This document shows, piece by piece, positions 9,453 through 19,231 of a DNA stretch of 32,000 bases. Within the stretch, counting starts at the first letter, position 1. Every line of letters starts with the position of its first letter. The position numbers were made by a program, and so were the translations under genes. Location of the stretch: the NCBI RefSeq assembly GCF_000017845.1, contig NC_010546.1:390001-422000 (forward strand). Reading direction: 5' to 3'. Under the pieces are notes generated by a model. That model did not search any database, was not told where the DNA came from, and saw nothing but the letters and a program-made list of their open reading frames with translations. Origin of the DNA: Crocosphaera subtropica ATCC 51142. GTDB lineage: Bacteria; Cyanobacteriota; Cyanobacteriia; Cyanobacteriales; Microcystaceae.

Positions 9453-10826
9453 TCAAGTCATCTTTTCAGGATTTATAATGGTTTTAAATTCTTCTTGACT
9501 GAGAAACCCTAAACTGATACAAGCTGCTTCTAAGGTAGTGTTTTCTTCGTAGGCTTTTTTGGCCACTTTGGCTGCCTTATCATAGCCAATATGGGGGTTT
9601 AATGCAGTAACTAACATCAAAGAATTGTTGAGATAATGTTCAATTTGTTCTTGATTAATTTTTAAACCAACCACTAAATGATCCGCAAAAGATGAACAAG
9701 CATCAGCTAATAATCGAATAGAATTTAACAGATTAAAAATCAATAAGGGTTTAAAGACATTTAACTCAAAATTTCCCTGACTACCAGCCATAGTAATAGC
9801 CGTATCATAGCCCATGACTTGCACACAAACCATCGTCATTGCTTCGCATTGGGTGGGGTTCACTTTTCCTGGCATAATGGATGATCCTGGCTCATTTGCT
9901 GGTAGAATAAGTTCCCCAATACCACAACGAGGACCCGATCCTAACCACCGAATATCGTTGGCTATTTTCATCAATGAACCGGCCAATGTTTTCAGGGTTC
10001 CACTACACATTACCATAGCATCGTGTGCAGCTAATGCAGCGAATTTGTTGGGGGCAGAAATGAAGGGTAAATCTGTGATTTGAGCGATTTCTTGGGCTAC
10101 TTTTTCGGCAAAGTCTGGATGAGTGTTGAGTCCTGTTCCTACTGCGGTTCCGCCGATGGCTAATTCATATAAATCGGGTAAACTTTGTTGTATTCTAGCG
10201 ATATCTTTATCGAGTTGAGAAATATAACCAGAAAATTCTTGTCCTAGGGTTAAGGGAACGGCATCCATTAAATGGGTTCGGCCAATTTTTACGACGTTTT
10301 GAAATTCTTTGGTTTTTGTCTCTAAACTATTCTTTAATTTAGTGACCATTGGTAATAAGTTACGATGGATTTCTTCTACGGCTGCGATGTGCATAGCAGT
10401 GGGAAAGGTATCATTAGAAGATTGAGACATATTAACATGATCGTTCGGATGAATGGGATCTTTACTCCCTAATATTCCCCCGGCTAATTCGATGGCGCGG
10501 TTAGCAATCACTTCGTTAGCATTCATGTTAGTTTGAGTACCGCTTCCGGTTTGCCAAATTTTCAAAGGAAAGTGTTGATTTAATTTTCCTGATATGACTT
10601 CATCGGCTGCTTCTATGATTAATTTTGCTTTTTCTGGGGCTAATTTTCCTAAGTCTTTGTTGACAATAGCGGTAGCTTTTTTGAGAATCCCGATCGCTCG
10701 AATCATTTCCCTCGGCATGGTATCATGACCAATGGCAAAATAATGAAGGGATCTTTGAGTTTGTGCGCCCCAATAAGCCTCTGATGGGACTTCAATTTTC
10801 CCCATACTATCTTGTTCAATTCTCAT
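9453..10826 (-). CDS. fumC: Class II fumarate hydratase
   Basis: The fumarate lyase signature [16 protein letters not shown] is present, along with the N-terminus [32 protein letters not shown] lies 7 nt upstream of the ATG. Confidence 0.95.
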   Translation of the reverse strand: MRIEQDSMGKIEVPSEAYWGAQTQRSLHYFAIGHDTMPREMIRAIGILKKATAIVNKDLGKLAPEKAKLIIEAADEVISGKLNQHFPLKIWQTGSGTQTNMNANEVIANRAIELAGGILGSKDPIHPNDHVNMSQSSNDTFPTAMHIAAVEEIHRNLLPMVTKLKNSLETKTKEFQNVVKIGRTHLMDAVPLTLGQEFSGYISQLDKDIARIQQSLPDLYELAIGGTAVGTGLNTHPDFAEKVAQEIAQITDLPFISAPNKFAALAAHDAMVMCSGTLKTLAGSLMKIANDIRWLGSGPRCGIGELILPANEPGSSIMPGKVNPTQCEAMTMVCVQVMGYDTAITMAGSQGNFELNVFKPLLIFNLLNSIRLLADACSSFADHLVVGLKINQEQIEHYLNNSLMLVTALNPHIGYDKAAKVAKKAYEENTTLEAACISLGFLSQEEFKTIINPEKMT

Positions 10827-10843
10827 TATTTTCTCCTTATTTT

Positions 10844-11833
10844 CTAGAAATTGACTTTATTTTCTATGATTAGTTTTTGACTAAGTACACTATACTTTCT
10901 CTTAAATATAGAGAATAATTTTTTAATGGTTTTAGGTTCAATAAATAGTGTATAAGAAATCAACATCACTAGACTAAATTGTAAAACAAATTCATTCATA
11001 ACAATGGCAATCGAAATATGGAATAATGCCATTATGCTTAATATCCAGTATTTAGTGCGTTTAAACCAAACCAAAATAGGAAATAAAAACTCAAGTATTA
11101 ATGCACTATAGGTTGTCATGATACTCAAGAAATAATTGTGAAATAATTCAACATCAGTAAAGCGAAACCAAGCATCATACAAAGAAATATAATACATGAT
11201 ACTACCTTCACGCCAAGCAATATCACTATACAGTTTATCGATAGCAGAAAAAGGATAAATAAAAGCAATAGAAAATTGTAGAAGTCTTAAACCCCAGACT
11301 GACTGTTTTGCAGGAACGTAACGAAGAATATGGCGACGTTGACGGAGTAATTTTGCTCGAAAAATATTATCAACGGATAAGCTATTTCCTAAAGGAGCAA
11401 AGCAACTATAAAATAATAACATTTGAACAACAACATCTTTCCCATCAATAATAGCAGAGTTGCGATTACATAAGGAAAACCAAATAATATATAAAAAAAT
11501 GGTAGCAATACGGGTTCCTAACCCAACAATAAAACAGAGAGTTATTCCTAAACTGAGTCCATAAATTAGCCAAATAAATTGAGGATTATTTGATAGGGCA
11601 AAAATCGATTTAAAAGACGCTAAGAACCAACCCCCTCTAGCATTAATGAATCGGTCTAAGGAAATTAGTCCATTCACTCCATAATACTCATTCCAGTGGA
11701 AATAACTGAGTAATAAAATATTGAGAATAAATAGACCAAAAATAATACGAAATACCCCTAAACTCAAAGTTGATTCCTTAGCAAACCAAAAACTATATAG
11801 CTTTTTAGTCGCTTTTTTCATCAATTCTGGCAT
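10844..11833 (-). CDS. HTTM-domain (vitamin-K-dependent gamma-carboxylase-like / SdpB-like) polytopic membrane protein
   Basis: The 329-aa, roughly 8-TM protein has an N-terminal [10 protein letters not shown] motif and a topology reminiscent of HTTM (PF05090). The gene is very AT-rich. An alternative start at 11821 gives a TGATG overlap with the upstream stop codon. Confidence 0.65.
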   Translation of the reverse strand: MPELMKKATKKLYSFWFAKESTLSLGVFRIIFGLFILNILLLSYFHWNEYYGVNGLISLDRFINARGGWFLASFKSIFALSNNPQFIWLIYGLSLGITLCFIVGLGTRIATIFLYIIWFSLCNRNSAIIDGKDVVVQMLLFYSCFAPLGNSLSVDNIFRAKLLRQRRHILRYVPAKQSVWGLRLLQFSIAFIYPFSAIDKLYSDIAWREGSIMYYISLYDAWFRFTDVELFHNYFLSIMTTYSALILEFLFPILVWFKRTKYWILSIMALFHISIAIVMNEFVLQFSLVMLISYTLFIEPKTIKKLFSIFKRKYSVLSQKLIIENKVNF

Positions 11834-12363
11834 TGATACTCTCCTAGTTTTCCTAAATCACTAAATTCTTCAGTTAAATATTGATCTCTAATTGCTGCTT
11901 GTTGAGGGGGTAAAATTTGTCTCCAAAATAAATCATAACGAATCGTTCTAATAGGATTAGTTTCGTTTTGAAAAATTCGACATAAATAATCACTATAGTG
12001 ATAACGAGCATCGGGATAAACAAACAAATTTTGATGTAGTTTCCCTTCTCTAAAATTAATAAAGTGCTTCTCAAAAAATCCTGTTTCTTGTTCAGCAAAA
12101 ATAGGCAAGGTTTGTGTTTTTCCATTTTTATGAATAGCCACAATTTCTAGTCGCCAGCTAAAACGATCGACTACCGAAAACATTCGCCATTGACTACTCA
12201 TTGCTGTTAAAGCAGTGAAACGTGCAAATAGATGGGGAAAAATTGGACTATTAAGAGGTGTATTATGAACAAGATGGGAACCAAGAGAACCGATAACAAT
12301 AACGACAACACCAACTTTTTTAAGATAATTAACAGATTTATTGGTAGCTAATTGGGATATCAT
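11821..12363 (-). CDS. Hypothetical membrane-anchored protein, partner of the HTTM gene
   Basis: It has one N-terminal TM helix (VGVVVIVIGSLGS). Its QWRMFS...W...I motif resembles the W-x-MF-A/S segment I recall from soluble extensions of HTTM proteins. AGAGGG lies 6 nt upstream of the ATG, and its stop overlaps the HTTM start. Confidence 0.55.
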   Translation of the reverse strand: MISQLATNKSVNYLKKVGVVVIVIGSLGSHLVHNTPLNSPIFPHLFARFTALTAMSSQWRMFSVVDRFSWRLEIVAIHKNGKTQTLPIFAEQETGFFEKHFINFREGKLHQNLFVYPDARYHYSDYLCRIFQNETNPIRTIRYDLFWRQILPPQQAAIRDQYLTEEFSDLGKLGEYQCQN

Positions 12364-12483
12364 TTGTCCCTCTTTGATTGCTTAGTTATTGAGCATAAGA
12401 AATACAGTATCTAAATTCTATTAAGGCTCATTGTTTCACCGACAAGATTATAGATTTTCTTAAGTTGTTTAAAGTTTTTTATC

Positions 12484-12508
12484 AAAAAAATAAACCCGCC
12501 GTAGCGGG
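12484..12508 (-). terminator. Rho-independent terminator of the substrate-binding protein gene
   Basis: The hairpin is CCCGC-CGTA-GCGGG (12495-12508). On the minus strand it is followed by UUUAUUUUUUU. Confidence 0.55.
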
Positions 12509-12665
12509 CTATATTTCTTAATCATTGAGGTTAAAAATTAAGTAGTCCGACAGACATAAAGTCGACTATCTTAAGGAATGTAAATAAGCCGTAAGCTCTA
12601 CCTCCTCTCCTTCCTCTGCCCCCTCTGCCTCCCTTAACAAGTCATGTTTATTTTTGTCGGGACAC

Positions 12666-14006
12666 TTATTCAGTGGGACTCACTTTATCAATAACCTCTG
12701 TGGTTCCGTCTGCTTTAACCGTCCAAACATCATAACTACCCACAACATCCCCATTTTCATCAATATCAACGTTACCACTGGCTCCTTGATAATTAATGTC
12801 TTCTCCATCACGAACTAAAGCGATCGCTTCACAGGGATCACTCACTTCTGTTCCTGGGGCGTTAGCCACTTCTCTGATCTTACTTTGAATGGCTTCTCCT
12901 GTGTTGGCTTTAGCAGCTTCGGCGGCCAACATTAATAAGATGGTTGCATCCCAACTATGGGGAACAAAAGCTGTTACATCCTTCCCTGTCTTTTCATTCC
13001 ACTTAGTGGTAAAGGCATCTAACGCTTGACCATCAGCCCCTGGAACCGTTCCTAACGCCCCTTCTAAAATATACTTACCGTCAGGGGTTTTGCCCACCTG
13101 TTCCACAAAATCTTCAGAGTAAACCCCATCGGTTAACAGAACCGTAACTCCTTCGCTTAACCCCTGTTTATAGGCTGCTTGTAACAAAATACTACCCGTT
13201 TCTGCGTAAAGGACTGCGGCCACTGCATCAGGGTTATTAGCAAACGCTGCTGCTGCTTCACTATCGAGGGTTGCAGCTTTGGGATCGTAACGCACCGGTT
13301 GTTCTTTATTGGTGAGTTTACCTCCAGCCTTTTCAAATGACCCCACAAACTGCTGTTCAAACCCCACCCCATAGTCATTATTAATAACCACAGTGGACAC
13401 ATTTTCAAAGCCTTGTTTTTGGGCTAAGGCTGCTAATGCTTGGGCTTGATAGGTATCAGGAGGGGCAGTTCTCGCCCAATAGCCGTTAAATTCTCCATTT
13501 TTAGCCTGATCCGTAAATACAGGGCTGGTACTCCCTGGAGAGATTAACATGACTTTATTTTGCGCTGCAATACCTACAGCAGCCCCAGAAACACTACTGG
13601 CAAAAGCCCCTACTACACCAGCAACCCGATCCACTTCTGCCAGTTTGGTCATAGCTGCACCCCCGGCAGTGGGATCGGTTTGAGTATCTTCGGTCACTAA
13701 GGTTACGGGTTGACCATTCACCCCACCACAAGCGTTTATCTCATCAACGGCTAATTTAACGGCTTCTGGCATATTAGCCCCAATAGAAGATAAGTCCCCT
13801 GTTACTGGCAACAAAGCCCCCAATTTTAAGCCCTCTCCGCTGGCTGTGGGAGTATTGGGACTAGGGGAGGTTCCTGTGTCGGTGGGGGTTGGGTTATTGC
13901 ACCCGACTAGGAGACTACTACTGAAGGCAAGGGCTAAGCCCCAAGCTAGGGGAGACTTTAAGCGATATTGGGTTAACAATGAATTCATTATTGACTCACT
14001 CCTCAA
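12666..14006 (-). CDS. ABC transporter periplasmic substrate-binding protein, LivJ/NatB-like (amino acid type, PBP type 1)
   Basis: A lipoprotein signal (LLVGCNNP) and a Thr/Pro/Ser linker precede a Leu/Ile/Val-binding-protein-like fold (GALLPVTGDLSSIG, NGQPV). The true start may be the internal MNSLL. Confidence 0.8.
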   Translation of the reverse strand: MRSESIMNSLLTQYRLKSPLAWGLALAFSSSLLVGCNNPTPTDTGTSPSPNTPTASGEGLKLGALLPVTGDLSSIGANMPEAVKLAVDEINACGGVNGQPVTLVTEDTQTDPTAGGAAMTKLAEVDRVAGVVGAFASSVSGAAVGIAAQNKVMLISPGSTSPVFTDQAKNGEFNGYWARTAPPDTYQAQALAALAQKQGFENVSTVVINNDYGVGFEQQFVGSFEKAGGKLTNKEQPVRYDPKAATLDSEAAAAFANNPDAVAAVLYAETGSILLQAAYKQGLSEGVTVLLTDGVYSEDFVEQVGKTPDGKYILEGALGTVPGADGQALDAFTTKWNEKTGKDVTAFVPHSWDATILLMLAAEAAKANTGEAIQSKIREVANAPGTEVSDPCEAIALVRDGEDINYQGASGNVDIDENGDVVGSYDVWTVKADGTTEVIDKVSPTE

Positions 14007-14143
14007 GGCAATGGATCATCTTAAATTGACCTTAATTTTAACGGAATGTTGCTAAGGGTGGGAGTTAGAAGTTAGGGGTTTGAAATTCGGTGTTAGGAGT
14101 CAGAAATCAGCAGAAATTCAATTAACTTATCCTAATTTAGATA

Positions 14144-14230
14144 CGGAGAGGGAGGGATTCGAACCCTCGATGGGCGTTAACCCATAACTCCTTAGCAGGG
14201 AGCCGCTTTCAACCACTCAGCCACCTCTCC
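14144..14230 (-). tRNA. tRNA-Ser(GCU), class II with long variable arm
   Basis: The manual fold gives the acceptor pair GGAGAGG/CCTCTCC, the anticodon loop CTGCTAA and the T arm GAGGG-TTCGAAT-CCCTC. The discriminator base is G and CCA is not encoded. Confidence 0.9.
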
Positions 14231-14310
14231 AAGGCACAGTATATTATCATAGCAGATAAAAACAGTTTAGAACAAAATTTCTTTTTTCGTTAAGTATTGC
14301 AACGTGAGCA

Positions 14311-14338
14311 TTGACAGAAACCGCTTAATTCTTAAGAT
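14311..14338 (+). promoter_or_regulatory. Candidate sigma70-type promoter of psaK (TTGACA-16 nt-TAAGAT)
   Basis: A consensus -35 hexamer sits at 14311-14316 and a -10-like hexamer at 14333-14338, about 40 nt upstream of the psaK ATG. An AGGAGA ribosome-binding site follows. Confidence 0.4.
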
Positions 14339-14379
14339 TAAAGACTTATAGATCCTTATTTTTAGGAGAACTCATTGTT

Positions 14380-14646
14380 ATGTACTCTACCCTGCTCTTA
14401 GCTGCTTCTGCGGTTCCTACCACTATCCAATGGAGTCCCAAAGTTGCCATGATCATGATTGTTTGCAATATCTTTGCGATCGCTGTGGGAAAATTCACCA
14501 TTGCTAAACCTAGTGAAGGACCTGGTTTACCTTCTCCTCAAATGTTCGGAGGTATGGGTTTAGGTGCATTACTAGGAACCACTAGCTTTGGTCACATTTT
14601 AGGGGCTGGTGTTATCTTAGGTTTAGCCAATACCGGCGCACTCTAA
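14380..14646 (+). CDS. psaK: Photosystem I subunit PsaK
   Basis: The 88-aa two-TM protein carries the conserved segments WSPKVA.IMI.CNI.AIA.GK and GTTSFGHILGAGVILGLANTG, which are typical of PsaK. Confidence 0.9.
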   Translation: MYSTLLLAASAVPTTIQWSPKVAMIMIVCNIFAIAVGKFTIAKPSEGPGLPSPQMFGGMGLGALLGTTSFGHILGAGVILGLANTGAL

Positions 14647-14656
14647 CCATTAATTA

Positions 14657-14677
14657 CCCCAACTTTAGAAGTTGGGG
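14657..14677 (+). terminator. Hairpin between the convergent psaK and murA genes (possible bidirectional terminator)
   Basis: The 7-bp stem pairs CCCCAAC (14657-14663) with GTTGGGG (14671-14677) around a 7-nt loop. The downstream U tract is weak (CUUUCAAUUUC). Confidence 0.4.
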
Positions 14678-14717
14678 CTTTCAATTTCATTGGGAGTTTT
14701 GATGTCATCCCCTCTAA

Positions 14718-16037
14718 CTAGCTCAGTGCTGAATATTCTGGCTCATCAACCACACTGATACGGCGAATATTAGCTCCTAATTTGCGTAATTTACCCTCTA
14801 GGTTATCGTAACCACGATCAAGATGATGTAACCCTTGTACAAGGGTAGTTCCTTGGGCGGCTAACCCGGCTAAGACCAAAGCGGCCGAAGCCCGTAAGTC
14901 AGTGGCCATTACCGGCGCACCAGAGAGGAAAGGCACTCCTTTGACTAAAGCAATATTTCCCTTGACTCGGATGTCTGCTCCCATCCGTTGTAACTCAGCA
15001 ACATGACGCAGGCGATTTTCAAACACGGTTTCTGTGACCATACTACTCCCTTCACTTAAAGTTAATAGGGCCATAAACTGTGCTTGCATATCCGTGGGAA
15101 ACCCAGGAAAGGGAAGGGTTTTGATGTCGGTTGCTCTAACAGGAGCAGGAACTAATCTTAAGCGATCGGGTCCTTCCATAATGACTTGGGGACCCATTTC
15201 CCGTAACTTAGCAATGACAGAGGCTAAATGCTCAGGAAAAACGGGGCTAAGACTGATTTCTGATTGGGTAATAGCTCCAGCAATTAAGAGAGTTCCTGCT
15301 TCAATGCGATCGGGAATGACACAATAGTCGGTACTGTGCAAGCGTTCAACACCCGAAATGATAATTTTATTGGTTCCTGCACCTTTAATTTTGGCTCCCA
15401 TAGAGCGACAAAAGTTGGCTAAATCAGCGATTTCAGGCTCTTGAGCAGCGTTTTCGATGATGGTTTCTCCTTCTGCTAAGGTGGCCGCCATCATAATGGT
15501 TTCCGTTGCCCCAACACTGGGATAATCTAGGTAAATTTTAGCCCCTTGAAGCCGTTTGCGACTGCCTCGAACACACGCATGAACCACGCCATGTTCGATG
15601 CGAACGTCCGCCCCCATCGCTTGTAACCCACGCACATGAAGGTCTACCGGTCTAGCACCGATGGCACATCCTCCCGGCAAAGGAACACGAGTCATTCCTA
15701 AACGGGCCAGTAATGGACCAATGACAAAGAAACTAGCACGGAGTTGAGAAACTAACTCGTAAGGGGCTTGATCTTGTCCAATATCTTGAGCGTTGATGTC
15801 AATCACATCACCCTTTCTGTTGAGTTTGACCCCAATGGCTGCTAAAATTTGGGTCATGCGCTCAATATCAACTAGCAAAGGTAGGTTTCTTAAGCGACAG
15901 TCTTCTGAGCAAAGAATAGCTCCTGCCATCAATACTAAAGCGGAGTTCTTTGCCCCACTAATATTAACTTCACCTCTCAGGGGGGTTTGTCCTTGGATTT
16001 CTAATACGGATTGCTGTTCGTCTAAAGGAGTTGTCAT
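14718..16037 (-). CDS. murA: UDP-N-acetylglucosamine 1-carboxyvinyltransferase
   Basis: The 439-aa EPSP-synthase-fold protein has ISGAKNSAL, the active-site loop [14 protein letters not shown] (Cys) and DRGY..LE.KL at the C-terminus. Confidence 0.95.
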   Translation of the reverse strand: MTTPLDEQQSVLEIQGQTPLRGEVNISGAKNSALVLMAGAILCSEDCRLRNLPLLVDIERMTQILAAIGVKLNRKGDVIDINAQDIGQDQAPYELVSQLRASFFVIGPLLARLGMTRVPLPGGCAIGARPVDLHVRGLQAMGADVRIEHGVVHACVRGSRKRLQGAKIYLDYPSVGATETIMMAATLAEGETIIENAAQEPEIADLANFCRSMGAKIKGAGTNKIIISGVERLHSTDYCVIPDRIEAGTLLIAGAITQSEISLSPVFPEHLASVIAKLREMGPQVIMEGPDRLRLVPAPVRATDIKTLPFPGFPTDMQAQFMALLTLSEGSSMVTETVFENRLRHVAELQRMGADIRVKGNIALVKGVPFLSGAPVMATDLRASAALVLAGLAAQGTTLVQGLHHLDRGYDNLEGKLRKLGANIRRISVVDEPEYSALS

Positions 16038-16227
16038 AGATCAATATATAAGAGCGTTTTATGGTTAGATTACTCAAAACTATGAATTTTTTATAGTCTT
16101 GGCTTAAATTCGCTTTCAATGTAACCTGAATGATTAAAAAAGTCTAGGGAAAGTTCCGTTCTCATGGTTTCTATGTTACGGATTTGAGACTTTTTAACAG
16201 GTTCCTTAAGCTATATCCCCCTAAAGT

Positions 16228-16256
16228 TTGACTGATGACTTAAGTTATGATATTAT
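16228..16256 (+). promoter_or_regulatory. Candidate promoter of tRNA-Leu(CAG) (TTGACT-17 nt-TATTAT)
   Basis: The hexamers at 16228-16233 and 16251-16256 have 17-nt spacing and lie about 20 nt upstream of the mature tRNA 5' end. Confidence 0.4.
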
Positions 16257-16276
16257 AAAAAGTTGGGAATAAAAAT

Positions 16277-16360
16277 GCGGAACTGGCGGAATTGGTAGAC
16301 GCGCTAGATTCAGGTTCTAGTGTCCCTTGGGACTTTCGGGTTCAAGTCCCGAGTTCCGCA
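16277..16360 (+). tRNA. tRNA-Leu(CAG), class II
   Basis: The manual fold gives the acceptor pair GCGGAAC/GTTCCGC, the anticodon stem CTAGA/TCTAG with loop TTCAGGT, a long variable arm and the T arm TCGGG-TTCAAGT-CCCGA. Confidence 0.9.
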
Positions 16361-16387
16361 TCAGCCATCAGACATTTCCAAACTTAA

Positions 16388-17176
16388 ATGATTACCAGTA
16401 TTCGCAATCCCCTAATCAAGCAGATTCGGAAGCTACATCGTACTAAGGGACGGCGTGAACACAATCTGTTGCTCTTGGAAGGGACTCACTTAGTAGAGAC
16501 GGCTTACAAAGAAAATTGTTCCTTGATCACCCTATGCTATACGGAGGAATGGCAAGCCCGTTATCCTCAATTGTGGGAAAGTGTATCTAAACGGGTAAAA
16601 AGGTCTGAATTGGTTTCTGCTGACGTTTTAGCTAGTATGACGACTACCGTTAACCCTGATGGGGTAGTAGCAACAGCAAGATTTCAACCTCGGACTGAGG
16701 AAGAGATTACTGATTTTAGGTTAGGATTAATAATCGAACGATTACAAGATCCAGGCAATTTAGGAACCATTATTCGCACTGCTGCTGCCGTGGAAATTGA
16801 CGCTATTTGGTTGAGTGATGATAGTGTTGAGATTGATAACCCGAAAGTTTTAAGAGCGTCTGCTGGTGCGTGGTTTCAAGTGCCTATCTTTGTGACTTCG
16901 GACTTAACAACTGTTATTAAAAAACATAAAAATCATGGAGTTAATATCGTTGCAACCTTACCCAATGCCACTGAAACTTATTGGCAGTTACAGTTTACCC
17001 AACCAACATTGATTTTATTAGGAAACGAAGGGTCAGGATTATCGAATTCCTTGATTGCCTTAGCAGATGAGCTTGTTAGTATTCCGTTAAGTCAAGGAGT
17101 AGAGTCTTTAAATGTTGCTATTGCTACGGCTTTACTGTTATATGAAGCTAAACGACAAAAAATATTTAACTCATAA
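16388..17176 (+). CDS. TrmH/SpoU-family RNA 2'-O-methyltransferase (RlmB-like)
   Basis: SPOUT motifs are present: ERLQDPGNLGTIIRTAAA, LLGNEGSGLS and IPLSQGVESLNVAIATALLLYE. Confidence 0.85.
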   Translation: MITSIRNPLIKQIRKLHRTKGRREHNLLLLEGTHLVETAYKENCSLITLCYTEEWQARYPQLWESVSKRVKRSELVSADVLASMTTTVNPDGVVATARFQPRTEEEITDFRLGLIIERLQDPGNLGTIIRTAAAVEIDAIWLSDDSVEIDNPKVLRASAGAWFQVPIFVTSDLTTVIKKHKNHGVNIVATLPNATETYWQLQFTQPTLILLGNEGSGLSNSLIALADELVSIPLSQGVESLNVAIATALLLYEAKRQKIFNS

Positions 17177-17221
17177 AGAAATCTCGAATAATAACCAAAG
17201 AATTAGTATAAATTAGTCTGA

Positions 17222-19021
17222 TTAATTGTCTTTTTCAATATTCCCCTGAAAAAATGATTCTAACGGGTGCAAGCGAAACCCTGGAGTTTTATAATCTTTG
17301 GGTAAATAATTTTCAGGAATTGTATTTTGATTTCCGTCTCTAACCGCAGCATAATGAGGGGACATAATTTCAATACCAACCTCTGCACATTTGTCTTGTA
17401 TTTTTTGATGCAACTCAGTATAGATATCACCAATCTCAATGGATGTGGTTTTGTTAGTACAAACCCTAAGTTGATAGCTAATATAGAAATCATCTAAACT
17501 GGTTTGCCACACATAGGGAGCCGGATCGTCTAAAATATCGGTGGTATCTAAAGCGCAATTCGTTAAAGTTTCATGGACTAAACGCCAAGAAACATCATAA
17601 CCTAAAGTAATGGTCGTATGAAGAATTAAAGGTTGTTCAAGATCCCTTGTTGTTGCAGTATAGTTAATAATTTTGCTGATAATTAAGATAGAGTTGGGAA
17701 TGGTGATAATTTCGTTATTTTGATTACGAATTCGTGTAGAAAGAATCGTTTTTTCGATAACAACACCTTGGTATTCATCGATTTTGATGCGATCGCCTAT
17801 TTGAAACGCACGGGTATAAATTACCACAAATCCCCCAATTAAATTAGCAATGGTACTCGCTCCCCCAAAGGTAACTAAAGCACCAGCTAAAATAGAAATT
17901 CCTTGAAAGGCAGGGGAATCAAATCCTGGTAAATAAGGAAAAATAATGGCTGCTGCTAACCCAATAATTAAAATAACAGTTAGCTTATAGCTGGGTTCTG
18001 CCCAGTCGGGATAAAATCCAGAAATCGTTACTCTTTCTTCTTCGACTGCTCTAAAAAACGGATGACATAAACGGATTAGATAATGAGTTATGACTAGAGT
18101 AATGATAATCAAAAATAAATTAGGTAAATAATCAATAAATCCAGCCCAAACTTTTCCTAATGCTCCAAAAAAGGAATTAAAAACACTTTTTCCTAACCGC
18201 TCAGTTTGAGGAAATAGACTTAATACTAAAGGAATATAAAAATAGAGAAGAATAAAGATAATAATCCAGCGAATTATTTTTAAACTTAATATAGTAAGTT
18301 GTTTTTGTCGGTAAATAGAAAGTAGGGTCCAATTTTGAATTCTTAAGGTTCTAAATAAAACACTTCTACCCTCAAGAATTCGACGAGATACCACTGGGAC
18401 AAACCAATTTAAAAATCGAAAAATGACAATAACTAAAATAGTCGATAATAGACTCAATAAACCTCTAATACCAAAATAGGATAGAGTTCTTTTCTTACGA
18501 TATTCAATAATGGCATTTTTGATGATTTCGGAATAATTTTGAGCGAGTTCCTCTAAAGGTTTATTATTAGCTTGAGCATCACTTTCTCCTAAATAAAGTA
18601 AGAGGTTATTGTCCACATAAATAATATATAGATCATCAATTGTCTTAATCACTAAATTATTTATATTAATTGAGCGATCTTTGGCCACTTCTTTGATTCG
18701 TTTCATGGCTACTTCCGCCCTTTCTTGGTTAGGAATTCCTTCAATATTTGTTCTAAATTCAAATAAAGTTTCACCATCTAATTTAACAGGTGCAGGGGGA
18801 TCAATATTCAAGGATTCATCAGAGGAAGATTCTTCTTTTTGTTGTGATTCTTGAGCTAAAATATAGTTAGAGAATAAATCTCTCTCGCTGCTTATTTCTA
18901 AAAGGCTAATCGGTTTTATTTGCGCTATAGTTGGACTATAAAAATGCAAACTCAGTAAAGAAAGCAATGTCAACAGCATTATTGTCAAAATTGACCTAAT
19001 TTTCCGAGTCTTACTAATCAT
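17222..19021 (-). CDS. Mechanosensitive ion channel family protein (MscS-like) with a large N-terminal extension
   Basis: A signal/TM segment and a roughly 170-aa extracytoplasmic domain are followed by several TM helices. The MscS core then follows: GGASTIANLIGGFVVIYTRAFQIGDRIKIDEYQGVVIEKTILSTRIR and ITIPNS. Confidence 0.8.
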   Translation of the reverse strand: MISKTRKIRSILTIMLLTLLSLLSLHFYSPTIAQIKPISLLEISSERDLFSNYILAQESQQKEESSSDESLNIDPPAPVKLDGETLFEFRTNIEGIPNQERAEVAMKRIKEVAKDRSININNLVIKTIDDLYIIYVDNNLLLYLGESDAQANNKPLEELAQNYSEIIKNAIIEYRKKRTLSYFGIRGLLSLLSTILVIVIFRFLNWFVPVVSRRILEGRSVLFRTLRIQNWTLLSIYRQKQLTILSLKIIRWIIIFILLYFYIPLVLSLFPQTERLGKSVFNSFFGALGKVWAGFIDYLPNLFLIIITLVITHYLIRLCHPFFRAVEEERVTISGFYPDWAEPSYKLTVILIIGLAAAIIFPYLPGFDSPAFQGISILAGALVTFGGASTIANLIGGFVVIYTRAFQIGDRIKIDEYQGVVIEKTILSTRIRNQNNEIITIPNSILIISKIINYTATTRDLEQPLILHTTITLGYDVSWRLVHETLTNCALDTTDILDDPAPYVWQTSLDDFYISYQLRVCTNKTTSIEIGDIYTELHQKIQDKCAEVGIEIMSPHYAAVRDGNQNTIPENYLPKDYKTPGFRLHPLESFFQGNIEKDN

Positions 19022-19231
19022 TCGATTTTATCCTTAGATTCATAAATAATATACTAAAACTGAAAACCCTCATTAATATTAAGAATTAATTTTTTTTTAA
19101 TCTTTATACTTAAAAAGTTACAATTGATGAATGAGATAAAAGGTTCGTAATTAATTATCAATTTTTAATAAAAATTAAACAAACTTTATGGAAAATACTC
19201 GTTACAATACAGAATAATAATAGACTAAAAA

